Shown here one piece after another: positions 45,110 through 54,892 of a DNA stretch of 64,000 nucleotides (position 1 is its first letter; each line of letters opens with the position of its first letter). The DNA is from Acidobacteriota bacterium (lineage in GTDB: Bacteria > Acidobacteriota > UBA4820 > DSQY01), in assembly GCA_040752915.1 (NCBI GenBank), contig JBFMHB010000006.1, positions 1,179 through 65,178 of the forward strand, written 5' to 3'. Both the position numbers and the translations under genes were made by a program. The notes under the pieces were generated by a model. It worked only from the letters and a program-made list of their open reading frames with translations. It was not told where the DNA came from and did not search any database.

Positions 45110-46888
45110 CTAAAAGCCGCCGGCCATGAAGCGCCACTGAATGATCTTGAGGTTGATTTCCCGAAGGCGCTGGGTGAGGATCCGGCAAAGGATGATGAGG
45201 AACTGGTACGCCGATTCCACATCCACGGACAGGATTTCGTTGAGGACCGTCCGGGAGATCGTGAGCACCGTCGTGCCGTTCACGTGGGCACGGGCATCGG
45301 CGGAGCGCGGCTCGTTGTCCACCAGGGCCATTTCGCCGAAGAAGTCGCCCTTTCCCAGGATGGCGAGGGCCTCCTCGCCCACCCCCGGGATGTGCTTGGT
45401 GATGCGGACCTTTCCATCGAGGATGATGTAGAGCTTGTCTCCGCGGCTCCCCTCCTTGAAGATCAGCTCGTCCTGGTTGTAGAGCTCCTCCGTGGAGAAG
45501 GCGGCCAGAAGGCGGAGTTCCTTGGCCGAAAGACCCTGCTCCTGCAAGAGCTTGATCTTGCGGTCCAGCTCGATGGAGATGGCCTTGGACCGGCTGGCCT
45601 CGTCGGGGCTCAAGGCCGCTTTCTGGGCCGTGGCGGCCTCGGAGAAGAAGGTCTTCAGGAGGTTGTTGGCCTCTCGGGTCCTCCGGGAGAGGGACTTCCA
45701 GAAGTGCCAGTAGAAGTGGACGGCGACTTCCTTCTTGAGCTCGAAAAACGGGTCCAGGTCGCTCCGGCGGATGCGGAAGAGCACACCCTCGGTGCTGGCC
45801 AGCGCATCGGCGCTCCGGTGGGCCGGATCGATGAAGTTCATCTCGCCGAAGAATTCCCCCTTCTGGGCGAGGGCCAGCGGCTGCTCTCCGAAGGGGGTCT
45901 GCTTGACGAGGCGAACCTCCCCCTTTTCCACGAGGAAGAGATCGTCCCCTTCGTCGTTTTCGTCGAAGACGACATCCCCCGGCTTCACGGCCATCTCCTT
46001 GACCGCCTTGGCGACGACGAAGAGGTGTTCGTCGGCCAGGGTGGCCAGGATGTCGAAGGCCCTCAGCCGAAGGGCCAGGCGGAGGAGGTCCTGGCGGACT
46101 TCGTCGGGGGCGGCGGCCTTGGTGATCTCGTGGATGTCGCGGACGGCCCCCCGCCCCAGGAGGCTCTCCTTCTCCAGGTCGAGCTGGTGGACGCACTGGT
46201 TGAACAGGGCCAGGCGCTTCTTGACGATCTCGCTCCGGGCCGCCCGGTTCTGGATCCCCACCTTTTCGAGGATGTACTTGAACTTCTCCTGGAGTTCCGG
46301 CGCGGGCGGGCGCCCGGCGGCGCTGTCCAGGATCATCGCGTCCACCAGGCTCGCCAGGGAAGCCTTGTAGCTCTTGAGATAGAAGAGGGCCCTCCCCATG
46401 AGGGCGTGGGCCTCGGCGTGAAAGGGGTTGATGGCGATGAGGGCCTTCAGTTCCCGGATGCTGCCCGAGAAATCGTTGTTCCGGTAGTCGAGCTTGGCCA
46501 GATTGAACCGGGCGGACTCGTTGGAGGGATTGTGGATGAGCGCGATGCGGTAGCATTCCCGGGCTCGTTCGGACTGGCCCTTCCGCTCGAAGATCTCCCC
46601 GATGGCGGCGAGCTGGCTGGACTGACGATCCTGGCGGCCCCGCTCCTCCTTGAACTTGGCCATGAGGCGGTGGCGCTCGTGCTCGTCTTTCTCCTTGAGG
46701 AGGTTGCGCATCTTGCCCAGGCCGATCTTCATGGCGAGGCTGCCGGGGAAGAGCTTGACGCCCCGCTCGTAGAGCGCGACGGCCTCCTCGTAGCGGCCTT
46801 GCTCCGCGAATTTGCCGGCCACGACAAACAGATCCTCGGGATCGAGGTTCAGCGGGTTGGAGCCGACGCCCTCGGCTGGCTGGGTCAC
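45110..46888 (-). CDS. TPR-repeat protein with two C-terminal cyclic-nucleotide-binding (CAP-effector) domains
   Basis: N-terminal about 190 aa of TPR-like repeats. Two cNMP-binding domains with G.FFGEM...RSADA phosphate-binding cassettes (FGEMNFIDPAHRSADALA and FGEMALVDNEPRSADARA). Confidence 0.6.
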   Translation of the reverse strand: MTQPAEGVGSNPLNLDPEDLFVVAGKFAEQGRYEEAVALYERGVKLFPGSLAMKIGLGKMRNLLKEKDEHERHRLMAKFKEERGRQDRQSSQLAAIGEIFERKGQSERARECYRIALIHNPSNESARFNLAKLDYRNNDFSGSIRELKALIAINPFHAEAHALMGRALFYLKSYKASLASLVDAMILDSAAGRPPAPELQEKFKYILEKVGIQNRAARSEIVKKRLALFNQCVHQLDLEKESLLGRGAVRDIHEITKAAAPDEVRQDLLRLALRLRAFDILATLADEHLFVVAKAVKEMAVKPGDVVFDENDEGDDLFLVEKGEVRLVKQTPFGEQPLALAQKGEFFGEMNFIDPAHRSADALASTEGVLFRIRRSDLDPFFELKKEVAVHFYWHFWKSLSRRTREANNLLKTFFSEAATAQKAALSPDEASRSKAISIELDRKIKLLQEQGLSAKELRLLAAFSTEELYNQDELIFKEGSRGDKLYIILDGKVRITKHIPGVGEEALAILGKGDFFGEMALVDNEPRSADARAHVNGTTVLTISRTVLNEILSVDVESAYQFLIILCRILTQRLREINLKIIQWRFMAGGF

Positions 46889-46988
46889 GACGGCCTCCTC
46901 GTTGGGCCATTGTAGGGAGAGGCCGCCGCACCGTCAACGGACGGCCGCGCGGCGGGGGGCAAGGCCCGAAAAGGGGAGAAGGCGGAGG

Positions 46989-47459
46989 TCAGCGCCCCTG
47001 GGATTCCAGGTGAGCGAGGACGGTGGCGGCGTGCCCCGTGGCGGAGACCTTCGGATAGGCTCTCAGGACGGTACCGCCGGGGTCGAGAACCAGCGTGGAG
47101 CGGATCATCCCCTTGCTCCGCCTCCCGTACATCACCTTCTCTCCCCAGGCCCCCACGGCCTCCGAGAGGCGCCCATCGGCGTCACTGAGCAGGGGAAACG
47201 GAAGACGCTCCTTCGTGATGAAGGCGCAGTGCGACTTCTGCGAGTCCCGGGATACCCCCGCCACACGGTAGCCGAGGGCCTCGAAGCGGGGGAGGAGGTC
47301 CCGGAAGTCCCGGGCCTCCAGGGTGCAGCCGGGCGTGTTGTCCTTTGGATAAAAGTAGAGGACCAGTCCCCGGGGACCGGCCAGGTCCTTCAGGGTCCGG
47401 ACGGCGCCCGTCTCATCCGGGACTTCAAAGGGGGGACATCGGTCGCCCGCCTCGATCAT
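46989..47459 (-). CDS. bcp: Thiol peroxidase Bcp (peroxiredoxin Q)
   Basis: LVLYFYPKDNTPGCTLEARDFRD, with peroxidatic Cys in the PGCT motif. ATG at 47459. Confidence 0.8.
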   Translation of the reverse strand: MIEAGDRCPPFEVPDETGAVRTLKDLAGPRGLVLYFYPKDNTPGCTLEARDFRDLLPRFEALGYRVAGVSRDSQKSHCAFITKERLPFPLLSDADGRLSEAVGAWGEKVMYGRRSKGMIRSTLVLDPGGTVLRAYPKVSATGHAATVLAHLESQGR

Positions 47460-47606
47460 GGGTTCCTCCCCTGCAAGGCTCCTTAGAACGCGCGCGCGCG
47501 TACCGTTCTTCCGCCGAGCGCCAACCTTCGGGGCCGCGAGATCGGCCCTTTCGGGTAGAATACCCCTCGAAGGCTCCCCCGTTGACGGGCGGGGCGGGAG
47601 GCGCGC

Positions 47607-48227
47607 GTGTCGGATGACAGGGTGGTTCCGGGCGGTCTCGGAAAGGTCCTGGTCGTGGCCGCCTCGGGCGCCAGCGGTGCGCGCCTGGCCCTCCGGTTCC
47701 TCGACCATCTGCTCGCCCATCCGGGTGTCCGGAGGGTCCATTTCGTCCCCTCCCGGGCCTTCTCCCTGGTCTTGAATCGGGAGGAGGGCCTGAGCCTTGA
47801 CTCCTGTGTGGACCGGGCCGGGAGGGACGGCCGGCTCCTCCTCCATCGAGAGGAAGACCTGGACGCCCCCGTCGCGTCCGGATCCTACCCCTGCGACGGG
47901 ACGGTCCTGATCCCGGCGAGCATGGCCACCGTGGGCGCCGTCGCTTCCGGTGCGGGACGCAACCTTCTCCACAGGGCCGCCGAGGTGGCGCTGAAGGAGC
48001 GCCGCACCCTGATCGTGGTTCCCCGGGAGACTCCCCTTTCCGTGATTCACCTGAAGAACCTCGCGACGCTGGCCGAGGCGGGCGCCGTCGTGGCCCCCTT
48101 CGTGCCCGCTTTCTACCAGGGCCCGCGCTCCGTGGAGGATCTCATGGACCACTTCCTCATGCGGATCTTCGATCACCTGGGACTCGAAACGCGCCTCGCC
48201 GGCCGCTGGGGGGGGAGCGACCGTTGA
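47607..48227 (+). CDS. ubiX: Flavin prenyltransferase UbiX (MqnL-like)
   Basis: KVLVVAASGASGARLALRFL...LIVVPRETPLSVIHLKNLATLAEAG, UbiX/Pad1 family. Confidence 0.8.
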   Translation: MSDDRVVPGGLGKVLVVAASGASGARLALRFLDHLLAHPGVRRVHFVPSRAFSLVLNREEGLSLDSCVDRAGRDGRLLLHREEDLDAPVASGSYPCDGTVLIPASMATVGAVASGAGRNLLHRAAEVALKERRTLIVVPRETPLSVIHLKNLATLAEAGAVVAPFVPAFYQGPRSVEDLMDHFLMRIFDHLGLETRLAGRWGGSDR

Positions 48228-49093
48228 GGCGGTTCGTCCATCGCTTGTTCGTCGTGCTGGAGATGATCAAGTTCCAGCACACGGTCTTCGCCCTCCCCTT
48301 CGCCCTCCTGTCCATGATGTGGGCCGCGGGCGGGTGGCCCGGCTGGCGGACCTTCCTCTGGATCCTCGGCGCCATGGTGGGCGCGCGGTCCGCGGCCATG
48401 ACTTTCAACCGCTTGGTGGACCGCAGGTTCGACGCCGAGAACCCCCGGACCTCCGGTTGGCCGCTCGTGACCGGGCAAGTTTCGGTCCCCTTCGCATGGG
48501 GGTTCCTGGTGGCGTCCGTGGGGCTCCTCGTCCTCTCGGCCTGGAGGCTGAACCCCCTCTGCCTGGCCCTTTCTCCCCTGGCCCTGGCCGTCCTGCTCGG
48601 CTACTCCCTCACCAAGCGCTTCACGTCCTGGTGCCACCTCGTCCTGGGATTCGCAGACGGCATCTCCGCGCCCGGAGCGTGGATCGCCGTCACGGGAACC
48701 CTCCACGGCTCCGGACCCTCCTGGTGGCTCTGCGGCGCCATGACCTTTTGGATCGCCGGATTCGACCTCCTGTACGCGCTCCAGGATCTGGCCTTCGACC
48801 GCTCCGTGGGCCTGCACTCCTTCCCCGCCCGCCGCGGCGTCGAGGCAACGCTCTGGCTTTCCGCCGGGGCTCACGCGGTCACGGTGCTGTGCCTGGCGGT
48901 GGCGGCGAAGACCGCCGGGGCGGGGATCGTCTTCCTCGGTGCCGTCGCGCTGGTGGCCGGCGCGCTGGTCTTCGAGCACCTCCTGGTCCGCCCCGGCGAC
49001 CTCTCCCGACTCAACGCCGCCTTCTTCACGACGAACGGATTCATCGCCGTCGGCCTTCTCGCCGCCGGAGCCCTGGACGCGGCCCTGGGCTGA
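48224..49093 (+). CDS. UbiA-family aromatic prenyltransferase (4-hydroxybenzoate polyprenyltransferase / MqnP-like)
   Basis: TTG start overlaps the ubiX stop. MIKFQHTVFALPFAL..., NRLVDRRFDAENPRT, YALQDLAFDRSVGLHS, the Asp-rich UbiA motifs. Confidence 0.7.
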   Translation: MRRFVHRLFVVLEMIKFQHTVFALPFALLSMMWAAGGWPGWRTFLWILGAMVGARSAAMTFNRLVDRRFDAENPRTSGWPLVTGQVSVPFAWGFLVASVGLLVLSAWRLNPLCLALSPLALAVLLGYSLTKRFTSWCHLVLGFADGISAPGAWIAVTGTLHGSGPSWWLCGAMTFWIAGFDLLYALQDLAFDRSVGLHSFPARRGVEATLWLSAGAHAVTVLCLAVAAKTAGAGIVFLGAVALVAGALVFEHLLVRPGDLSRLNAAFFTTNGFIAVGLLAAGALDAALG

Positions 49094-49106
49094 CCTTCAC
49101 GCAGGA

Positions 49107-50459
49107 TCAACCCTTCAAGCGGGAGACCAGGACCCCGGCCGCCACGAGGAGGGGGTCCCAGACCGGGGCGAAGGGGGGAGCGTAGGCAAGGTCGAGGAGG
49201 GCGAAGTCCTCTGCCCGCATCCCGGCCGTCACCGCGGCGGCCAGCGTGTCCACGCGGCCCTTCGTGCCTTCCGGCCCGGCCACCTGCCCGCCGAGGAGCC
49301 GGCCCGTCCGGCGGTCCGCGGTGAGCTGAACGGTGACGGCCCCTCCTCCCGGATAGTAGCCCGCCCGGCTTCCCGCCTCGACCACGGCCTCCGCCGGATC
49401 GAATCCCGCCGAGGCGGCCTCGACGGGGGACAGTCCGGTCAGGCCCACTTCCAGGCCGAAGGCGCGGGTGACGGCCGTCCCGACCACCCCAGGAAAGCGC
49501 TCCCGGCGCCCGGCGATGTTGGCTCCCGCCACCCGGCCCATCTTGTTGGCCGTGGTACCCAGAGGGAGGTAGGCGGGGCGTCCCGTCACCAGGTGCCGGA
49601 CGGCGCAGCAGTCCCCGGCGGCCCACACGGCGTGGACTCCCGTGGCGCAGGCCTCATCCACGAGGATGGCCCCCCGCCCGTCCCGAGGGACCGGCGAGCC
49701 CTCCAGGAAGTCCGTGGCCGGGCGAACCCCGGTGGCGATGAGGAGCAGGTCGGCGTACAGCTCCCCCCGGTCGGTCCTCAGGCCGAGGATCCGCTCCCCG
49801 GTCCGCAACACTTCCAGCACCCTTACCCCGAGAAGCACTCGCACCCCGCGGCGTTCGAGCTCCTGAAGGACACGCGCCTTGAGGGGCTCCACGAGGGTCT
49901 TGAGCACCCGCTGGGACCGGTTGACGAGCGTGACCGAAACCCCGCGCGCGGCGAGGTTCTCGGCCATTTCGATGCCGATGTACCCGCTCCCCCAGACCAG
50001 GGCGGATCGGGGGCGCGCGTCGGCCAGGAAAGACTGGAGCCGCCGGCCGTCTGCGAGATCGTGCATGCCGAAGAGGTTGTCCCCCTGGAGACCTTTCAGA
50101 TCGGGGAGGACGGCCCGGCTCCCCGTGCTGATCAGCAGCGCGTCGTAGGGCTCTTCGGACCGGGCCCCGGAAGGCAGGTCCTCCACGACCACCCGCTTGC
50201 GGCCCTCCTCCAGGGCGAGGGCCTTTTGCCGGAGCCGGACCTCGATCCCCCGTCGGGCGATTTCTTCGGGGTCCAGGGCGAAGAGGTCCTCGATGTCGGC
50301 CGTGACCCCCCCCACGACGTAGGGGAGGCCGCAGGCGCCGTAGGAGCGGTCGGGACCGGCGTCCAGGACCGTCGCTTCCCACCGGGGATCCAGGCGCCGG
50401 ACCTTGCTGGCCGCGCTCATCCCCGCCGCCATGCCGCCGAGCACCAGCAGCCTGGGCAT
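49107..50459 (-). CDS. FAD-dependent pyridine nucleotide-disulfide oxidoreductase, CoA-disulfide reductase / NADH oxidase family
   Basis: LVLGGMAAGMSAASK (FAD), single redox Cys in SYGACGLPY, NADH-binding GSGYIGIEMAE. Confidence 0.65.
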   Translation of the reverse strand: MPRLLVLGGMAAGMSAASKVRRLDPRWEATVLDAGPDRSYGACGLPYVVGGVTADIEDLFALDPEEIARRGIEVRLRQKALALEEGRKRVVVEDLPSGARSEEPYDALLISTGSRAVLPDLKGLQGDNLFGMHDLADGRRLQSFLADARPRSALVWGSGYIGIEMAENLAARGVSVTLVNRSQRVLKTLVEPLKARVLQELERRGVRVLLGVRVLEVLRTGERILGLRTDRGELYADLLLIATGVRPATDFLEGSPVPRDGRGAILVDEACATGVHAVWAAGDCCAVRHLVTGRPAYLPLGTTANKMGRVAGANIAGRRERFPGVVGTAVTRAFGLEVGLTGLSPVEAASAGFDPAEAVVEAGSRAGYYPGGGAVTVQLTADRRTGRLLGGQVAGPEGTKGRVDTLAAAVTAGMRAEDFALLDLAYAPPFAPVWDPLLVAAGVLVSRLKG

Positions 50460-50543
50460 GCCTTACCTCCTTCGACACGATTATATCCTCACCCCCGTCC
50501 TCGCGGCTTGTGCCGCCGGGCCGCGGGCACGTATCCTGGGCCC

Positions 50544-51305
50544 ATGGCGGAGAGTCTGATCCTGTCGGACGCGTGGAGGGAGCGCCTCGAGCGCCCGCTC
50601 TCGGAGAAGGGCCTCGCCCTCCTCTGGGACGAAGCCTCCCCGCTCCCCGGGGGCCGGGGAACGGCCCGCCTGGCGCGGATTCTCGACTGGGCTTTCGTGC
50701 TGAAGCGGGAGGCCCGCGGCGGCCTTTCGAGGCGCTTCCTCCCGGATCGGTATGCGCGCAGGACCCCTTTTCAAAGGGAGTGGGCCGACGCGAACCTCGC
50801 CGCCGGGGCGGGCCTCTGCCCGCGCCCGGCCGCCCGGAGCTACGTCCATTCCGGTCCTTTTTTCGCCGTTTACACTCTCACCGAGGAGGTCACGGGGGGA
50901 CGGTCCCTGACGGACCTCCTGGACGGCGAGGCGCCGCCGCCCTGGAAGGCGGCCGGAGAGGCCCTGGCCCGCCTGCACCGGCTGGGCCTCGTCCACGGGG
51001 ACCTGAACGCGGGAAACGTGATGGTGGGCCCCTCGGGGGGGATCCTCTTTCTGGACTTTCGCCACTCCCGGCGGGAGGGCCCTCCGCCCTCGGCACCGTC
51101 GCGGCGGGACAACCTGGACCGCCTGAGCCGGTCGGTGTTCAAGGAAACGTGGAGGAGGCGCCTTCCGTTTCCGAGGGCTTTTCCCGGGCTCCTGGCCGAA
51201 GGCTACGCGCAGGGTTGGGGCAGCCGGGAGGACTGGCTGAGGGGCTGGGCCGATGCCCCCTCCGTGCCCGGCGTCCTCAGACGCGCCCTCTGGACCCGGT
51301 TCTGA
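50544..51305 (+). CDS. Lipopolysaccharide kinase family protein (Kdo kinase / InaA-like)
   Basis: Catalytic loop LVHGDLNAGNVMV and the downstream motif LDFRHSR, typical of the KdkA/WaaP family. Confidence 0.5.
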   Translation: MAESLILSDAWRERLERPLSEKGLALLWDEASPLPGGRGTARLARILDWAFVLKREARGGLSRRFLPDRYARRTPFQREWADANLAAGAGLCPRPAARSYVHSGPFFAVYTLTEEVTGGRSLTDLLDGEAPPPWKAAGEALARLHRLGLVHGDLNAGNVMVGPSGGILFLDFRHSRREGPPPSAPSRRDNLDRLSRSVFKETWRRRLPFPRAFPGLLAEGYAQGWGSREDWLRGWADAPSVPGVLRRALWTRF

Positions 51306-52557
51306 GATCCCTTTCCTCCAGGATTTCCCCCCGGGGAAGGCCGCCTTCCCACCGGGTGAGCCGAACCGTGATCCAGCGATTGGGGGGGGCCGCGCCGTCG
51401 AGCAAGACGTCGAGGAAGTTCGAAGTGAGGGCCCGACCGCGCCCCGACTCGGAGGCAAGGGTGAGGGCTTCGAGGGGCCGGCCCATCTGGGAACGGGCGA
51501 AGGCCTCGCTCTTGGACCGCCCGAGGGCCACGAGTTCCCGGGTCCGAGCCGCCACCTCTCCGGGAGGGAGGGGGGGGATCGAGGCCGCCGGAGTCCCGGG
51601 CCGCGGCGAATAGGCGAAGGCGTGGAGAAAGGCCACGGGGCTCCCCTCCAGAAGCCTCAGGGTGGCCTCGTGGTCTTCCCGGGTCTCGCTGGGAAAGCCG
51701 CACAGGACGTCACAGCCCAGGCCGATCCCCGGGACCTCTTCGGCCAGACGCTGGAGAAGGTCCGCGAAGAAGCCCGCCTTGTAATTCCGGCGCATGGCCG
51801 CCAGCACGGCGTCGGAGCCGCTCTGGAGAGGGACCTGGAGGTGGCGCGCCAGCCGGCCTTCGGCGCGAAGGAGCCGGACGAGCCCAGGGGTCACCGTCCT
51901 CGGCTCCACCGAATTGAGCCGGAGGCGGAAGTCCCCGTTCCTCCTCAGCAGGCGCTCCAGGAGAGCGGTAAGGCCGCCCTTCCACCCCAAATCCTTTCCG
52001 TATTCGCCCGTGTTGATGCCCGTGAGAACCACCTCTCGAAAACCAGCCTCCAACAGGCCCGCGAATTCGGCCTCGACCTCCTCGGGCGGCACGGAGCGGG
52101 ACGGCCCCCTCACCGACGGGACGATGCAGTAGGAGCAGGGCTGGTTGCAGCCCTCCTGCACCTTGAGGAAGGCCCGCGTGCGGTCCGGGAAGAGCGGCAC
52201 GCACGGCGCGGAAGCCGAGGCCCCGGGCCTCCAGTCATCCAGGAAGCGCAGGAGAGACTCGTCATCCGAAAGGACCGCATCCACCCCGGCGAGACCGGAG
52301 AAGGCCGCGGGGGTCCGCCGGGAGGCGCACCCGAAAACCGCGAGGCGGGCCCCGGGGTTGGCCCGTTTCAGGGACCGCACGGCCTTCCTGGAATCCCGGT
52401 CGGCCTTGTGGGTGACGGTGCAGGTGTTCACGAGGATGAGTTCGGCCGACTCGGGGGAGGAGGGGACGGCCCCGGCTCTTGCCAGGCGGGCGGCGACCTT
52501 GGCCGAATCGTACTGGTTCAGCTTGCACCCGAGGGTGAGGACGGCGAACCGCATCAT
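51277..52557 (-). CDS. mtaB: Radical-SAM methylthiotransferase (MtaB/RimO/MiaB family)
   Basis: MTTase N-domain (FAVLTLGCKLNQYDS...ILVNTCTVT), radical SAM CNQPCSYC, C-terminal TRAM-like. Length (427 aa) fits MtaB. Confidence 0.7.
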   Translation of the reverse strand: MMRFAVLTLGCKLNQYDSAKVAARLARAGAVPSSPESAELILVNTCTVTHKADRDSRKAVRSLKRANPGARLAVFGCASRRTPAAFSGLAGVDAVLSDDESLLRFLDDWRPGASASAPCVPLFPDRTRAFLKVQEGCNQPCSYCIVPSVRGPSRSVPPEEVEAEFAGLLEAGFREVVLTGINTGEYGKDLGWKGGLTALLERLLRRNGDFRLRLNSVEPRTVTPGLVRLLRAEGRLARHLQVPLQSGSDAVLAAMRRNYKAGFFADLLQRLAEEVPGIGLGCDVLCGFPSETREDHEATLRLLEGSPVAFLHAFAYSPRPGTPAASIPPLPPGEVAARTRELVALGRSKSEAFARSQMGRPLEALTLASESGRGRALTSNFLDVLLDGAAPPNRWITVRLTRWEGGLPRGEILEERDLRTGSRGRV

Positions 52558-53522
52558 GGGGAGGGGGGAGGGGGCTCCCGAACGGCGGGTGCCGCTTGGG
52601 TCCGGTTTCTCAAGAACTCGATCTCCTCCTGATGGGTCCCAAAGGACTCGGCCACCTTGAGCTCCCTCAGGGCCTCGGCGTTCTTCTTCTGGCGGAGGTA
52701 GAGCCGAGCGAGGCCGAGGTGGGCTTCGGGGGATTCCCCGGCCTTGAGCGAGCGCATGAAGAGGGACCAGGCCTCCTTCAGCCGTCCCTCCTCCAGGCGA
52801 ATCTCGGCGAGGGAGGCCAGGGCGAGATAACTGCGCGAGAACGACGCATGGGAAAGCCTTTCCAGGGATTGGGAGGCCTCCGAAACGCGCCCCGTCTCCT
52901 TCAGCACGATGGCCAAGTAGCACTGGGCCTCGAGGTAGCCGGGCGCCAGTTCCAGGGCCTTGCGGAGGTAAACTTCCTGCAGGGTGAGGTCCTCGGCGAT
53001 GCGTCCCCGCACGTAACTTTCGAAGGCCTGCGGTCCCACGTCCGGCAGGGCGGGCCACTCGCGGCCAAGGACATCGAACAGTCCCCTTCCGAGGGTCTCG
53101 GTGAGGCCGAGGAGCTCGTGGAGTGGCTTCAGCACTTCCCAACGCCCCAGACGCCGCAAGTCGCCCTGGACCTCCAAGGCTTCCATCCGCACGGTCAGCC
53201 TCTCCCCCTCCACGTGAAAGGACCCCGTCACGAGAACGTCCGCCCCGAACTGCCTCGCCAGCGCCACCCGAGAAGGGGTTGAGAAGCGGGGGGACGCCAC
53301 GAGCCCCTCCTGCTCGTACAAGCTCCGCACGTGTTCCAGGGGGACGTGCGGAACCCCTGCCCGGGCCATGGCCTCGTCCAGGGCGAAGGCCAGACCGGTC
53401 CCGATCCACTCGGCGCCCGTAGGTCCGGCCTCCAGATCGGCGGGAAGCACGAGCACCCTGGCCGCCCAGACGGGGCGAACGAGAAGGAGCAGCACGGCCA
53501 GAACGGGAATCCACCTTTTCAT
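52554..53522 (-). CDS. Secreted TPR-repeat protein
   Basis: Signal peptide MKRWIPVLAVLLLLVRPVWA. C-terminal TPR-like repeats. ATGA overlap with mtaB. Confidence 0.45.
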   Translation of the reverse strand: MKRWIPVLAVLLLLVRPVWAARVLVLPADLEAGPTGAEWIGTGLAFALDEAMARAGVPHVPLEHVRSLYEQEGLVASPRFSTPSRVALARQFGADVLVTGSFHVEGERLTVRMEALEVQGDLRRLGRWEVLKPLHELLGLTETLGRGLFDVLGREWPALPDVGPQAFESYVRGRIAEDLTLQEVYLRKALELAPGYLEAQCYLAIVLKETGRVSEASQSLERLSHASFSRSYLALASLAEIRLEEGRLKEAWSLFMRSLKAGESPEAHLGLARLYLRQKKNAEALRELKVAESFGTHQEEIEFLRNRTQAAPAVREPPPPSP

Positions 53523-54853
53523 TCCTTCTCCCTGCGGCGGTTCGAATTCCTCGCCTCGGCCCGGCGCTTCTTCCAGAGGGCCATCCACTCGGAGATCCGC
53601 GCCTCGAAACCCGCCGTCGAAGGCTCATAGTACTCCCTGCCGACCAGTTCCGGGGGCAAGCAATCCAGGTCCGCGATCCCGTGGGGTTCGTCATGGGCGT
53701 AGGCGTACCCGTCGCCGTAGCCGGCCTCCTCCATGAGGCGGGTGGGAGCGTTCCGCAGGGCCAGGGGGACGGGGTGGCGGCGACCGGCGCGGAGATCCCT
53801 CTCCACCGCCTTCTGGGCCAGGTAGGCTCGGTTGGACTTGGGGGCGGCGCAGAGATAGGCCGTGGCCTGGACGAGCGCCAGGGCGCCCTCGGGCATGCCC
53901 AGGAAGTCCACCGCTTCCTTGGCGTCCAGGGCCCGACGAAGGGCCTGGGGGTCGGCGTTCCCCACGTCCTCCGATGCGGCGCGGACCAGACGGCGAGCCA
54001 CGAACAGCGGATCCTCGCCGCCCTCCAACATGCGCATGAGCCAGTAGAGAGCCGCCTGCACATCGCTGTTCCGGATGGACTTGTGATACGCGCTGATGAG
54101 GTTGTAATGCTCTTCCCCGCCCCAGTCGTAGACCACACGACCGCTCGACAGCCAGGCGCGGACGTCGGCGGGCGTCATGGCGCGGCCCTCCGGATAGCGC
54201 AGGACCAGGGCCTCGAGCGCGTTGAGGGCGAAGCGCGCATCGGCGGCGGACAGGCGCGCCAAGTCTTCCAGGACAGGGTCCGGGATTGCCCGGCCCGAGG
54301 CTTTCAGCGCTGCGTCCTCGGCCATCGCGCGCCTCAGGATCTTCAGGATCTCCTGTTCGCCGAGCCCGGGGAGGATCACCACGCGGCACCGGGACAGGAG
54401 GGCCGGCGTGAGATGGAAGGACGGGTTCTCCGTCGTCGTTCCCAGCAGGACCACGGACCCCTCCTCCAGGTAGGGGAGGAACGCGTCCTGCTGGGCCTTG
54501 TTGAACCGGTGGATCTCGTCCATGAACAGGATCGTCGGGCGACCGTCGCCGCGCCATCCCGAACGGGCCTTCTCCATGACCTCTCGAACTTCCTTCAGGG
54601 AGGAAAGAACGGCAGACAGGCCCACGAAGGGCCGGCGCGTTCCTCCCGCGATGAGCCGGGCGAGGGTCGTCTTGCCGCTTCCGGGTGGACCCCAGAGGAT
54701 GGTGCTCGCGAGCGCATCGGCGGCGACTTGCCGTCCGAAGGGCGTCTCGGGGCCCGACACCGACTCCAAGCCGAGAAGATCCTCCCATTTCCTGGGGCGG
54801 ACCCTCTCGGCGAGGGGTGCCACGGGCGCGTCGGTGCGGAACAGTGAGGCCAT
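53519..54853 (-). CDS. rarA: Replication-associated recombination protein A (AAA+ ATPase)
   Basis: LWGPPGSGKTTLA, ILFMDEIHRFNKAQQD, MgsA C-terminal domain (YDWGGEEHYNLISAYHKSIR). Confidence 0.85.
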   Translation of the reverse strand: MASLFRTDAPVAPLAERVRPRKWEDLLGLESVSGPETPFGRQVAADALASTILWGPPGSGKTTLARLIAGGTRRPFVGLSAVLSSLKEVREVMEKARSGWRGDGRPTILFMDEIHRFNKAQQDAFLPYLEEGSVVLLGTTTENPSFHLTPALLSRCRVVILPGLGEQEILKILRRAMAEDAALKASGRAIPDPVLEDLARLSAADARFALNALEALVLRYPEGRAMTPADVRAWLSSGRVVYDWGGEEHYNLISAYHKSIRNSDVQAALYWLMRMLEGGEDPLFVARRLVRAASEDVGNADPQALRRALDAKEAVDFLGMPEGALALVQATAYLCAAPKSNRAYLAQKAVERDLRAGRRHPVPLALRNAPTRLMEEAGYGDGYAYAHDEPHGIADLDCLPPELVGREYYEPSTAGFEARISEWMALWKKRRAEARNSNRRREKE

Positions 54854-54892
54854 GGGGCCTCCCGGGCCTCGGGCTCGGTCCGCCTGGGCGTC

